A stretch of DNA of 64,000 nucleotides. Origin: Candidatus Tayloriibacteriota bacterium. GTDB taxonomy: Bacteria; Patescibacteriota; Minisyncoccia; Phycocordibacterales; HO2-43-120. Within the stretch, counting starts at the first letter, position 1; every line of letters starts with the position of its first letter. The stretch is taken from assembly GCA_039934295.1 (NCBI GenBank), contig JBDTMN010000003.1:10625-74624 (forward strand). The letters run 5' to 3'. This document shows positions 44,669-52,631 of this stretch, piece after piece. The notes below the pieces were generated by a model. The model made no database searches. It saw nothing but the letters and a program-made list of their open reading frames with translations, and was not told the DNA's origin. The position numbers and the translations under genes are program-made.

Positions 44669-46087
44669 TTGAGACACGTGACCGCCCATACCGCGACAAA
44701 ATATCATCCTCACGTAAAACTGATTTTCATCGGCAGTTTTCTTTTTCTTGTTTTCGCTTCCGCGGCTGCGATGGGCTTCAATACGAAGTTAAAATATGGC
44801 CAAGGCAGAAATGCATCCACTCTCCTTTACGCTCTCGATAGATATACAGAAAACTCGGAACTCTTGCAGGGAAAAATCCAGGCGGAAAAATATTTAAAAA
44901 CAAGAACAATCGCCGATGATACGATTGAAGCCCATATACCATCGGTGGGAAAATTTATTTCGGCTGACCTCGACCACATGGAGCTCGCGCTCTACGAAAA
45001 TCATCTGCTCTTGAAAAAGTACCCCATTATCGCCAAAGGAAAGCCGGGCTCATTTTGGGAAACTCCGAGCGGAGACTATCAGATTCTTGCCAAAGTGGGA
45101 ACACACTTCTCATCGGTGGGAGAGGTGTACATGCCGTGGAGCATGCAGTTCAACGGCAATTTTTTCATCCATGGCTGGCCCTACTATCCCGACGGAAGAG
45201 ATGTTGCGCTTGGATATTCAGGAGGATGCATTCGCATGAAAACAGATGACGCCAAAGAAATTTACGAATTTTCAAAAACAAGCACTCCCATTTTCGTCTA
45301 CGAAAAAAGCGACGAGATGGCAGAAACTCGCGCACTGTTTTCTTTGAAGAATATTCCTCCCCCGGAGATTTCAGCCCAAGCCTACATCGTCGCCGATGTG
45401 AACACGGGAGAGGTTTTTCTTGACAAGAACATCGACACTCCCATGCCCATCGCCTCTTTGACCAAACTCATGACGGCAATCGTAGCCAATGAAGTAATCA
45501 TGTTCGACCGAAAAATCACTATCACTCCGGAAGTTGTCGAAACACTGGGTGAAAGCGGAAACCTGAAGGCGGGAGAAGTGATGACCGCAAACGACGTCCT
45601 CTATCCCCTTTTGATGGAATCATCGAACGACGCCGCACGGGCGTTTTCAGCATACTATGGCGAAAGCAGTTTTATTTCGCACATGAACAAAAAAGCCAAG
45701 GCGATTGGAATGAAAAACACCACCTACGCGGACTCGTCTGGAATCTTGAGTGGCAATACTTCCACCGTGTATGACCTCTACATCCTCTCCAAATATCTGA
45801 AAAATAATAAATCATTCATACTCAACATCACCCGCCTCCCGACGAAAAAAATCACATCGTCTTTCCAAGTGCACAACTTCGGCAATTTCAATGTATTTTC
45901 AGCAGAGAAAAATTTCCTCGGAGGGAAAACCGGTTACACCAGAGCGGCCAACGGAACGATGATTTCGCTTTTCGAAATTCCCATCGGCAACGAAAAAAGG
46001 AATATTGCTTTCATCGTTCTCTCATCCCAAAATCAGGAAAAGGACGTGCGCGCACTTCTTACGTGGTTTGAAGAAGCGGCAAGCTGA
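44669..46087 (+). CDS. Fusion protein: L,D-transpeptidase (YkuD) domain plus D-alanyl-D-alanine carboxypeptidase (S11) domain
   Basis: YkuD catalytic HGW..YSGGCIRM; S11 motifs ASLTKLMTA (SxxK), ESSND (SxN), GGKTGYT (KTG). Confidence 0.75.
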   Translation: MRHVTAHTATKYHPHVKLIFIGSFLFLVFASAAAMGFNTKLKYGQGRNASTLLYALDRYTENSELLQGKIQAEKYLKTRTIADDTIEAHIPSVGKFISADLDHMELALYENHLLLKKYPIIAKGKPGSFWETPSGDYQILAKVGTHFSSVGEVYMPWSMQFNGNFFIHGWPYYPDGRDVALGYSGGCIRMKTDDAKEIYEFSKTSTPIFVYEKSDEMAETRALFSLKNIPPPEISAQAYIVADVNTGEVFLDKNIDTPMPIASLTKLMTAIVANEVIMFDRKITITPEVVETLGESGNLKAGEVMTANDVLYPLLMESSNDAARAFSAYYGESSFISHMNKKAKAIGMKNTTYADSSGILSGNTSTVYDLYILSKYLKNNKSFILNITRLPTKKITSSFQVHNFGNFNVFSAEKNFLGGKTGYTRAANGTMISLFEIPIGNEKRNIAFIVLSSQNQEKDVRALLTWFEEAAS

Positions 46088-46299
46088 CAAAATTCTGATT
46101 TTGTCTCCCGCGGAGGCGGGGATCCAGATTAATCTACTACCCCGCCTCAATCGGACGAGGTAAGTTAAGAATCTACAAATAAATGGAGAAAAGTCCTATT
46201 CGTTGCATTCGCTGACTTATTCGTATATTCGCATCGTGTAGTGCTTGAACAATCAAGAAAATCATGCTAGTGTGTATTTTCCACTAACTACACGCCATA

Positions 46300-46809
46300 T
46301 TGAACACACGAACCAGAATCAATCATCAAATCAGGGCCGCGGAGCTCCGCGTCATCGGGAGCGAGGGCGAAAACCTTGGAGTTATTTCGCTTCAAGAGGC
46401 CCTCAAGAAAGCGGACGAAGTCGGGCTCGATCTTATTGAAATATCGCCGAATGCCACTCCGCCAGTTGCAAAAATCATGGATTATGGTAAATTCCAGTAT
46501 ACCGAGAACAAGAAATTAAAAGTGGCCCGTGCCAAGTCCCCCTCCGTAGAAACCAAGACAATTCAGGTAAAAATTGGCACAGGAGAGCACGATTTAGAGC
46601 TCAAAGCCAAGAAAGCCGGAGAATGGCTCAAGGAGGGCCATAGGGTAAAAATCGATCTTTTTTTAATTGGTAGAAGCAAATACATGGATTTCCAATTCTT
46701 GAAAGAGAGAATGGGGAGAGTGCTGAAATTGATTACCGAAGAATATAAAATTGCCGACTCGCCGAAGAAAAGCCCGAAAGGATTGTCGGTAGTTATTGAG
46801 AAAGCATAA
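46300..46809 (+). CDS. infC: Translation initiation factor IF-3 (true start may be an upstream non-ATG codon)
   Basis: RINHQIRAAELRVIGSEGENLGVIS..ALKKA.E.GLDLIEISP..PVAKIMDYGKF. Confidence 0.9.
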   Translation: MNTRTRINHQIRAAELRVIGSEGENLGVISLQEALKKADEVGLDLIEISPNATPPVAKIMDYGKFQYTENKKLKVARAKSPSVETKTIQVKIGTGEHDLELKAKKAGEWLKEGHRVKIDLFLIGRSKYMDFQFLKERMGRVLKLITEEYKIADSPKKSPKGLSVVIEKA

Positions 46810-46812
46810 AAT

Positions 46813-46890
46813 CAGCTGTTAGCTATTAGGTGTTAGCTTTTAGGAAAGAATCTTAAAGCTGACAGCTAATAGCTTACAGCTAATAGCTAT
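46813..46890. repeat. Family-3 AGCT-rich hairpin repeat between infC and rpmI
   Basis: cagctgttagctattaggtgttagcttttagg .. agctgacagctaatagcttacagctaatagct. Confidence 0.6.
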
Positions 46891-46892
46891 TT

Positions 46893-47078
46893 ATGAAGAC
46901 AAACAAATCCTATTCAAAGCGCCTCAAGGTAAGCAAGAACGGAAAAATCCGCGCTCGAAAGCCAGGCCAAAACCATTTTAATGCAAAGGAAAGCGGACGA
47001 AGTCAGCTTCGCAAAAGCCGCACAATACCTTTTGTAATGACCGGCAAGTCGAGATCCCGATTCATAAGTCAGCTATAA
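46893..47078 (+). CDS. rpmI: 50S ribosomal protein L35
   Basis: Basic 61-aa protein MKTNKSYSKRLKVSKNGKI.. in the canonical infC-rpmI-rplT position. Confidence 0.8.
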   Translation: MKTNKSYSKRLKVSKNGKIRARKPGQNHFNAKESGRSQLRKSRTIPFVMTGKSRSRFISQL

Positions 47079-47149
47079 GCTTTTAGCTATTAGCTTTTAG
47101 CTTTTTTAATTAAAGCTGAAAACTAATAGCTAGTAGCTAACAGCTAATC
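47070..47149. repeat. Family-3 AGCT-rich hairpin repeat between rpmI and rplT
   Basis: agctataagcttttagctattagcttttagc .. gctgaaaactaatagctagtagctaacagctaatcc. Confidence 0.6.
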
Positions 47150-47153
47150 CACC

Positions 47154-47498
47154 ATGACCCGCGTAAAAAAAGGCACGAATGCCTTAAAAACCAGAAAAAA
47201 TGTCCTTAGAAAAACCAAAGGCTACCGCTTTGGAAGAAGCACTAAGGAGAGACAGGCTCAGGAAGCTATTTTTCATGCCGGCTCCTATGCCTTTGCCCAC
47301 CGAAAAGATAAAAAAGGAGATGCTCGAAGACTCTGGACAGTAAGAATCAACGCCGCCTTAGCAAAAGAAGGTCTCTCATACAGCAAGTTTATGGGAGCGC
47401 TCAAAAAGAAAAATATCGCAATTGATAGAAAAATTCTCTCGGGACTCGCGGAGAAAAACCCGGAGACATTCACGAGACTCGTGAAGCAGGTCGTCTAA
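47154..47498 (+). CDS. rplT: 50S ribosomal protein L20
   Basis: MTRVKKGTNALKTRKNVLRKTKGYRFGRS..RLWTVRINAA. Confidence 0.9.
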   Translation: MTRVKKGTNALKTRKNVLRKTKGYRFGRSTKERQAQEAIFHAGSYAFAHRKDKKGDARRLWTVRINAALAKEGLSYSKFMGALKKKNIAIDRKILSGLAEKNPETFTRLVKQVV

Positions 47499-47544
47499 GA
47501 AGAATTTCGAATTTGGATTACAGATTATGGAATAAGAAAGATGC

Positions 47545-47582
47545 AAAAAATCGCTCGTAATCTCGAGCGGTTTTTTGTATTC
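47545..47582 (+). terminator. Rho-independent terminator after rplT
   Basis: aaaatcgctcg-taatct-cgagcggtttttt. Confidence 0.55.
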
Positions 47583-47659
47583 GGACAATACACTAATAAT
47601 GACAATATACTAATAATCCAAATCTATTCTCTTATTCTCACGATAGGAGAACAGACCGG

Positions 47660-48214
47660 TTACATATTTCTTGCAAGCCGAAGTGTTTTCCGCAGTTTTT
47701 TATAATCGGGACAGGCAAGGACGACTAAGTCCCAGAATTTTTGCGAGTGGTTAAGCTCGAGAAGATGGCAGAGTTCATGGACGACGAGATAGTCGGCGAG
47801 ATTCGGCGGCAAAAAAACAATTTTATAATTAAAATGTAAATTCCCGTTCTTTGAACAGCTTCCCCATCTGGACTTTTGATTTCTCACTCGCACATTTTTC
47901 CAGGCAAATCTGCCATCGTAAAAAGCCCTGTTAAAAAATTCAAGTCTTTCTTGGACAAGTGTCCCGGCAGTGCCCTTGTGCCAGTTATAGTCGCTCAAAC
48001 TGCTTTTCGGAAATTTCAACGCTCCTTCATATTTCTTTTCCCTCTTCCGAAATTTTTCGAGGGTTTCATCTATCCAATCTTTTTTTTCCTCCGCAAATAT
48101 CCTTGCTCTTTCCTCTAGAAACCCTAGTGGCATCTTGACCACAACCTCCTCGCTCGAGCCGATGCAAATAGAAACTCTCCGCACCCTCGCGCTTTTTTTA
48201 AAAATTAAATTCAT
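47660..48214 (-). CDS. YgjP-like (DUF45) zinc metallopeptidase
   Basis: HExxH motif in YLVVHELCHLLELNHSQKFW, and SRWGSC motif. Confidence 0.7.
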   Translation of the reverse strand: MNLIFKKSARVRRVSICIGSSEEVVVKMPLGFLEERARIFAEEKKDWIDETLEKFRKREKKYEGALKFPKSSLSDYNWHKGTAGTLVQERLEFFNRAFYDGRFAWKNVRVRNQKSRWGSCSKNGNLHFNYKIVFLPPNLADYLVVHELCHLLELNHSQKFWDLVVLACPDYKKLRKTLRLARNM

Positions 48215-48298
48215 CTTCAGTTAGTTCTTGCCTATATTCAGAAATATATGCATCCTCAATTTTATTATCACAAATATGTATTTGCGAATAAAATTGGG

Positions 48299-48390
48299 AG
48301 CTGTTCGCTATTTGGTGTTGGCTGTTAGGGATTCATTTCTGAATTTTGAGTCCCGAAGCTAAAAGCTAACAACTAGCAGCTAAAAGCTAT
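48299..48390. repeat. Family-3-related hairpin repeat between the YgjP-like and MBL-fold genes
   Basis: gctgttcgctatttggtgttggctgttagg .. agctaaaagctaacaactagcagctaaaagct. Confidence 0.5.
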
Positions 48391-49775
48391 TCCAGTTCAT
48401 ACTTTATTCCTTTTTCAGGAAAGATCGCGTTGACTCCGACATAATCCCGCAGACGTTGAACGAGAAAAAGAGACGACTTCGGCTCTCCCATCACAACGAA
48501 AACCTCTTTGAGGTTGTCTCGAGTTTTCTCCACAAATTCGATGAGGTGGTCAGAATCCTTGTGCGCAGAATATCCGCTTACCCGCTCAATGGTCGCACGT
48601 ACGGGGATTCTCTCGCCTCCAATCACTATTTCTTTCGCGCCATCCTGGATTGCTCGACCCAAACTTCCCGCGACCTGATACCCGATTAAAAGAAGGGTGC
48701 TTTTTGGATCGCTCAAATAATGTCTTTCATGACTCACTACTCTCCCTCCCACTGACATCCCCGACCCGGCAATAATGATTTTTGGATTCGCGACTTTAGC
48801 AATCTCGTCATGGTCGCGGGCAGAGACGCTGAATTTCAATTTTGGAAAATTAAAAATATTGTCTCCGCCTTTTATTTCTTCCTGCACAGTTTGATTAAAA
48901 TGCTCCGTCCCCTTTCTGTAAATATCCGTGACAGCAATTGCGAGTGGCGAATCGAGAAAAACCGGCACCGAAGAAATCTTGCCTTCCTCCACCAAATTAT
49001 TGATTTCATACAGAATTACTTGGGAACGTTCCAGAGAAAAAGCAGGAATTACCAAAGTTCCCCCTCGCGCTATTGCATCGGAAATAATCTCCCTCAACCG
49101 GCTTCGCCTCTCGTCCAAGGGCTCATGATTGCGGTCGCCATAAACTGAATCCATCACCAAATAGTTTGCATCAGTCAGTTCTTCGGTATCCTTCAACAAT
49201 GGCGAGGGAGAATTGCCCAAGTCGCCGGTGAAGACAAGTTTTCTCCATTCATTGCTCTCGTTGGAAGTTTTAAACGAAAATTCAACCATGGAAGAACCCA
49301 AAACATGCCCAGCGTCTTTCAAATAAAATGAGAGACCGGGAATTATTTCCGTCTTTGTGTGATACGGAATTACATTCCAGAGGGAGAGCGCGTGGGTAAT
49401 ATCTTCTTCAGTATAAAGAACCTCTGTATTTCTTTGTTCCGCCTCTTTTTGAAGAAGGCGCAAAGCGTCGGGAAACATCACTTCGGAAAGACTCTTCGTC
49501 TCGGGAGTAGAATAAATTACACCTGTAAATCCATCACGGACGAGCTTCGGAATTTTCCCTATGTGATCCATGTGAGCATGAGTGACAAAAAGATACTGAA
49601 TGGAAGACGGGTCGTAGGGAAACGGTTTTGCGTTTTGGTCCTCGGAAAATTTATCCCCTTGAAGAAGCCCGCAATCAACGAGTATCCGCAGATTTTCAAA
49701 CTCAAACAGAAAATTCGAGCCCGTCACTGTGCCAACGCCGGAGTAAAATGTGATGGAAGGATTATTCATTTGCAT
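48387..49775 (-). CDS. Metallo-beta-lactamase-fold hydrolase, probably beta-CASP RNA-processing nuclease (RNase J/CPSF-like)
   Basis: THAHMDHIG MBL motif, about 460 aa with a beta-CASP-sized C-terminal region. Confidence 0.55.
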   Translation of the reverse strand: MQMNNPSITFYSGVGTVTGSNFLFEFENLRILVDCGLLQGDKFSEDQNAKPFPYDPSSIQYLFVTHAHMDHIGKIPKLVRDGFTGVIYSTPETKSLSEVMFPDALRLLQKEAEQRNTEVLYTEEDITHALSLWNVIPYHTKTEIIPGLSFYLKDAGHVLGSSMVEFSFKTSNESNEWRKLVFTGDLGNSPSPLLKDTEELTDANYLVMDSVYGDRNHEPLDERRSRLREIISDAIARGGTLVIPAFSLERSQVILYEINNLVEEGKISSVPVFLDSPLAIAVTDIYRKGTEHFNQTVQEEIKGGDNIFNFPKLKFSVSARDHDEIAKVANPKIIIAGSGMSVGGRVVSHERHYLSDPKSTLLLIGYQVAGSLGRAIQDGAKEIVIGGERIPVRATIERVSGYSAHKDSDHLIEFVEKTRDNLKEVFVVMGEPKSSLFLVQRLRDYVGVNAIFPEKGIKYELE

Positions 49776-49841
49776 TTAACATGTGACCGTTGACATGTGA
49801 CTTGAAAAATTGGATCCTGGTCAAATGTCACATGTTAATTG

Positions 49842-50258
49842 TCAATTGTTTTCAATTAAAATTTTCTCGTATTTCCTAAACACAAAATACAGATACCCTG
49901 AAAGTCCGCCAGCTATATCCATGAGGAGGTCAGATAGAGTATCAATTTCGTAATTTGAAACAATGAAGCTCTCCCCGAAAAGAAACTCGAAGAGTTCCCA
50001 GAGCACCCCAATTGTGAGAGCAAAAATCACAACCATGGCGAGGATTTGCGCAGACCGATTCGCCTTGAGATGAACATAGCCGGAAAAAAAGAAGAGCCAG
50101 AGAGAAGCAAGTGCTATCCAAACCCCGCCGAGATAGTGTACTACCTCATCATACCACCAAATTGACCAGTAAAGATAAAAAACTAAAGCCGAAAAATGCA
50201 ATACCACGATGCAAACAATCAGAACAAAAATCTGCTTCAATAACGTTTCTCGAATCAT
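49842..50258 (-). CDS. Small integral membrane protein
   Basis: 138 aa, four TM helices. Confidence 0.4.
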   Translation of the reverse strand: MIRETLLKQIFVLIVCIVVLHFSALVFYLYWSIWWYDEVVHYLGGVWIALASLWLFFFSGYVHLKANRSAQILAMVVIFALTIGVLWELFEFLFGESFIVSNYEIDTLSDLLMDIAGGLSGYLYFVFRKYEKILIENN

Positions 50259-50682
50259 TGATATATAGTAGCAGAAAATAGTATAGCGTGTAACCTGCCT
50301 ACCCCGTTGAGCCTCTCCACTACTGGGTAACTCGTACCATCAGAAAAGATGTATAGAAGCTAAAAAATCCTCCATGAGGATTTTTTAGTAGGGTCATTTG
50401 AAAGTATTGCCCTAGTCAAAAACTAGGTGGATGCCCTCAATTGCACTAATCAGATGGCGTTTTACGGTCTTCATCATGGCGCAACAATTTGAGCTTCCTA
50501 AATATGCTTTAATCTAGATAATACTCCAAATAACCCTGCTCTCATTATAGACTCGTAAGAATGGAATGCAAGCTAAAATAGGTGTAAGGTTTTAGGTTTA
50601 AGGTGTAAGTAAATAAAATGAAAAAAATTAAAAATCCCAAGGGTAACCCTTGGGATTTTTAACCTAAAACCTAATTAATTCA

Positions 50683-50860
50683 TGCCGACATTAAGAAATG
50701 TCGGCATCTCCCAATCTTGCCCACGAGTTCTCGAGTGGGTGCAAGATTGAGGATCCCGAGCGTGGCGAGGGACAGAAATTGTGCGCCGACATTAAGAAAT
50801 GTCGGCATCCTCAATTTTTCATCCACGAATTAAAAATTCGTGGGAAAAATTGGGACCTAC
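50683..50860. repeat. Structured intergenic region: two identical hairpins gccgacatt-aagaa-atgtcggc flanking an imperfect 16-bp hairpin, then catccacgaatt-aaaa-attcgtggg
   Basis: Inverted repeats at 50683-50706 and 50786-50808; central caatcttgcccacgag/ctcgagtgggtgcaagattg. Confidence 0.5.
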
Positions 50861-51459
50861 TTAAATATCCCCTTCAAATCCGTATCGTAGAGAATACTTT
50901 CTGGAGAGAGATGGTAATCAATGACTTCATCTTTGGAAAACCAGTGTTTGATTTCGTCCTCCGCTTCTTTGACCGAACCAGATGCGTGAATGAGGTTTCT
51001 TATTGCCCGGCCGTCTCTGTCCGCCATTTCGTACGAGTCCAAAACAAAGTCCCCACGGATTGTCCCGACATCAGACGAAAGAGGTTCAGTTCCTCCGGTG
51101 ATTTTTCGGACAATTTTTACAGCGTGTGCTCCCTGCCAGACCATTGCGATGACAGGTCCAGAACTCATGTACTTTTTGAGTACGCTAATTACCTGCTCCG
51201 CAATCACTAAAGGATCTTCCGAAGGCGGTTTCAGGCCCTTATCCTTGTATCCTTTGATGGATTTCACTCCGACATTCATTTTCCATTGCGGGTCGAGATT
51301 GTAGTGCTTGTCTATATGCTCTCCCGATGGGGCAAGCATTTTAACAGCCACGAGCTTGAGTCCAATCTGCTCGTAGCGCTTAATTATTTCTCCGACCAAA
51401 GTTCTTTGGATTCCGTCGGGCTTGATGATTACTAGGGTTTTTTCGTTTTTGGGATGCAT
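50857..51459 (-). CDS. ndk: Nucleoside diphosphate kinase (long form)
   Basis: TLVIIKPDGIQRTLVGEIIKRYEQIGLKLVAVK and NIIHGSD-like active-site region. The ORF-track N-terminus (to 51495) overlaps the upstream repeat, so an internal Met start is likelier. Confidence 0.8.
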   Translation of the reverse strand: MHPKNEKTLVIIKPDGIQRTLVGEIIKRYEQIGLKLVAVKMLAPSGEHIDKHYNLDPQWKMNVGVKSIKGYKDKGLKPPSEDPLVIAEQVISVLKKYMSSGPVIAMVWQGAHAVKIVRKITGGTEPLSSDVGTIRGDFVLDSYEMADRDGRAIRNLIHASGSVKEAEDEIKHWFSKDEVIDYHLSPESILYDTDLKGIFK

Positions 51460-51550
51460 TTTTTTTATCGCTGAACTGACTCGGAACTCTAACACGGAAC
51501 TAAACTGAACTTCTGTGACTTTCCGTGTTCTTCGTCCGTGTTGTTCTGTG

Positions 51551-51841
51551 TTAAGCCCGTAGGGCGTTGAATTCCCCGATAACTTCGTCTGCGCAATCGT
51601 CGATAATTTTTTGAAATTGCGGAAGAGCGATTTGGAGGAATGACCGTAGCTTATCCTTGTATTCTCCTTCTGTCATCTTCTCAAGTTCCGCCTTCTCCTC
51701 GTGCGAAAGCTCGTCCAACACTTTAATAAATATCTTATCCTGAACAATGTTTAGCACGGTGGCAATAAGTTCTTCTCTCTCCTCGGGGGTAAAGCCGGAC
51801 AGATTGAGTCGGGGCTCGATTTTTTGTTTGAGCGGATTCAT
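51551..51841 (-). CDS. Hypothetical protein
   Basis: 96-aa acidic ORF. Confidence 0.35.
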   Translation of the reverse strand: MNPLKQKIEPRLNLSGFTPEEREELIATVLNIVQDKIFIKVLDELSHEEKAELEKMTEGEYKDKLRSFLQIALPQFQKIIDDCADEVIGEFNALRA

Positions 51842-51866
51842 AACGTTAATGATTCGGCAATCAGTT

Positions 51867-52046
51867 TTAAGCCTCTCGCGTCTCTAGTATTTTTTGCAAT
51901 CCTCCTTTCAAATCAGCAAATCGATCATAGCCTTTTTCCAATATCTCCGCATTAACTCCTCCTTGCATTTCCTTGACCCGCTCTAAAAGTGCTTTCGAAG
52001 ATTCACCGCGCATCGCCCACTCTGGTTTAATTTGTCTCTCAAACAT
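51867..52046 (-). CDS. Hypothetical small protein (59 aa, below the ORF-track cutoff)
   Basis: Translation MFERQIKPEWAMRGESSKALLERVKEMQGG.. read from the sequence. Confidence 0.25.
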   Translation of the reverse strand: MFERQIKPEWAMRGESSKALLERVKEMQGGVNAEILEKGYDRFADLKGGLQKILETREA

Positions 52047-52118
52047 TATATAAATAATTACTTTCTACTTTGGTACAGTATACTATTCATCCTCAAGTTG
52101 TCCATTTGCCTTAAGCGA

Positions 52119-52316
52119 TCATTTATCTTTTCCCCATATTGGAATGCCGAGATCTTTGCATATTTTCTTAGCTAAGAAAGTATTTATTTCGCTATGGCGA
52201 GGCAACGTTGAGGTCTTTTGATTTTTCGGATTCCAATATTATGAGTGGCGTTTTCCTTCGCGGAGTAAACGACAGCCACAGAACACAGCATAAGAAATCA
52301 AATCGCGACGTTTCAT
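52119..52316 (-). pseudogene. hicA: hicA-like mRNA-interferase toxin with an in-frame TAA stop after codon 25
   Basis: MKRRDLISYAVFCGCRLLREGKRHS* then, in frame, YWNPKNQKTSTLPRHSEINTFLAKKICKDLGIP, matching HicA (G.xH..........PRH..EI.....ILKQLGI). Confidence 0.45.
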
Positions 52317-52321
52317 TGTGA

Positions 52322-52549
52322 CTATGCCGGAACTTTCACATTCAAAAGTTCGCGGGAAATACCGCGCTTATTTCCGTTGTTTCCAATCTCTCTATTGGCT
52401 ACCAACGTCAAAATCAGAGCCTCTTTCAAGTTATCATGCGCTTCCTTTCGTGTTTTGCCTTGAGTGTTAACACCCGGAATCTCCTCAATCCAAGCGCTAA
52501 CCCACTTGCCCGTTTTTTTATACGCCGCTGTAAATTTTAAATCCACCAT
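52322..52549 (-). CDS. hicB: HicB-family antitoxin
   Basis: WVSAWIEEIPGVNTQGKTRKEAHDNLKEALIL matches the HicB/UPF0150 pattern (..PG..t.G.T.EEA..n..EAl). Confidence 0.65.
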   Translation of the reverse strand: MVDLKFTAAYKKTGKWVSAWIEEIPGVNTQGKTRKEAHDNLKEALILTLVANREIGNNGNKRGISRELLNVKVPA

Positions 52550-52631
52550 AATAGGGTCATTATATCAAATCAGACCAGAAAATCAACAAATACCAGAATT
52601 CTTTGTACAATAAACAGAGTGGGGTAAGAGA

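Noticed and set aside
50698-51210. 170-aa plus-strand ORF
   Set aside because: Antisense to ndk and begins inside a hairpin-rich non-coding region.
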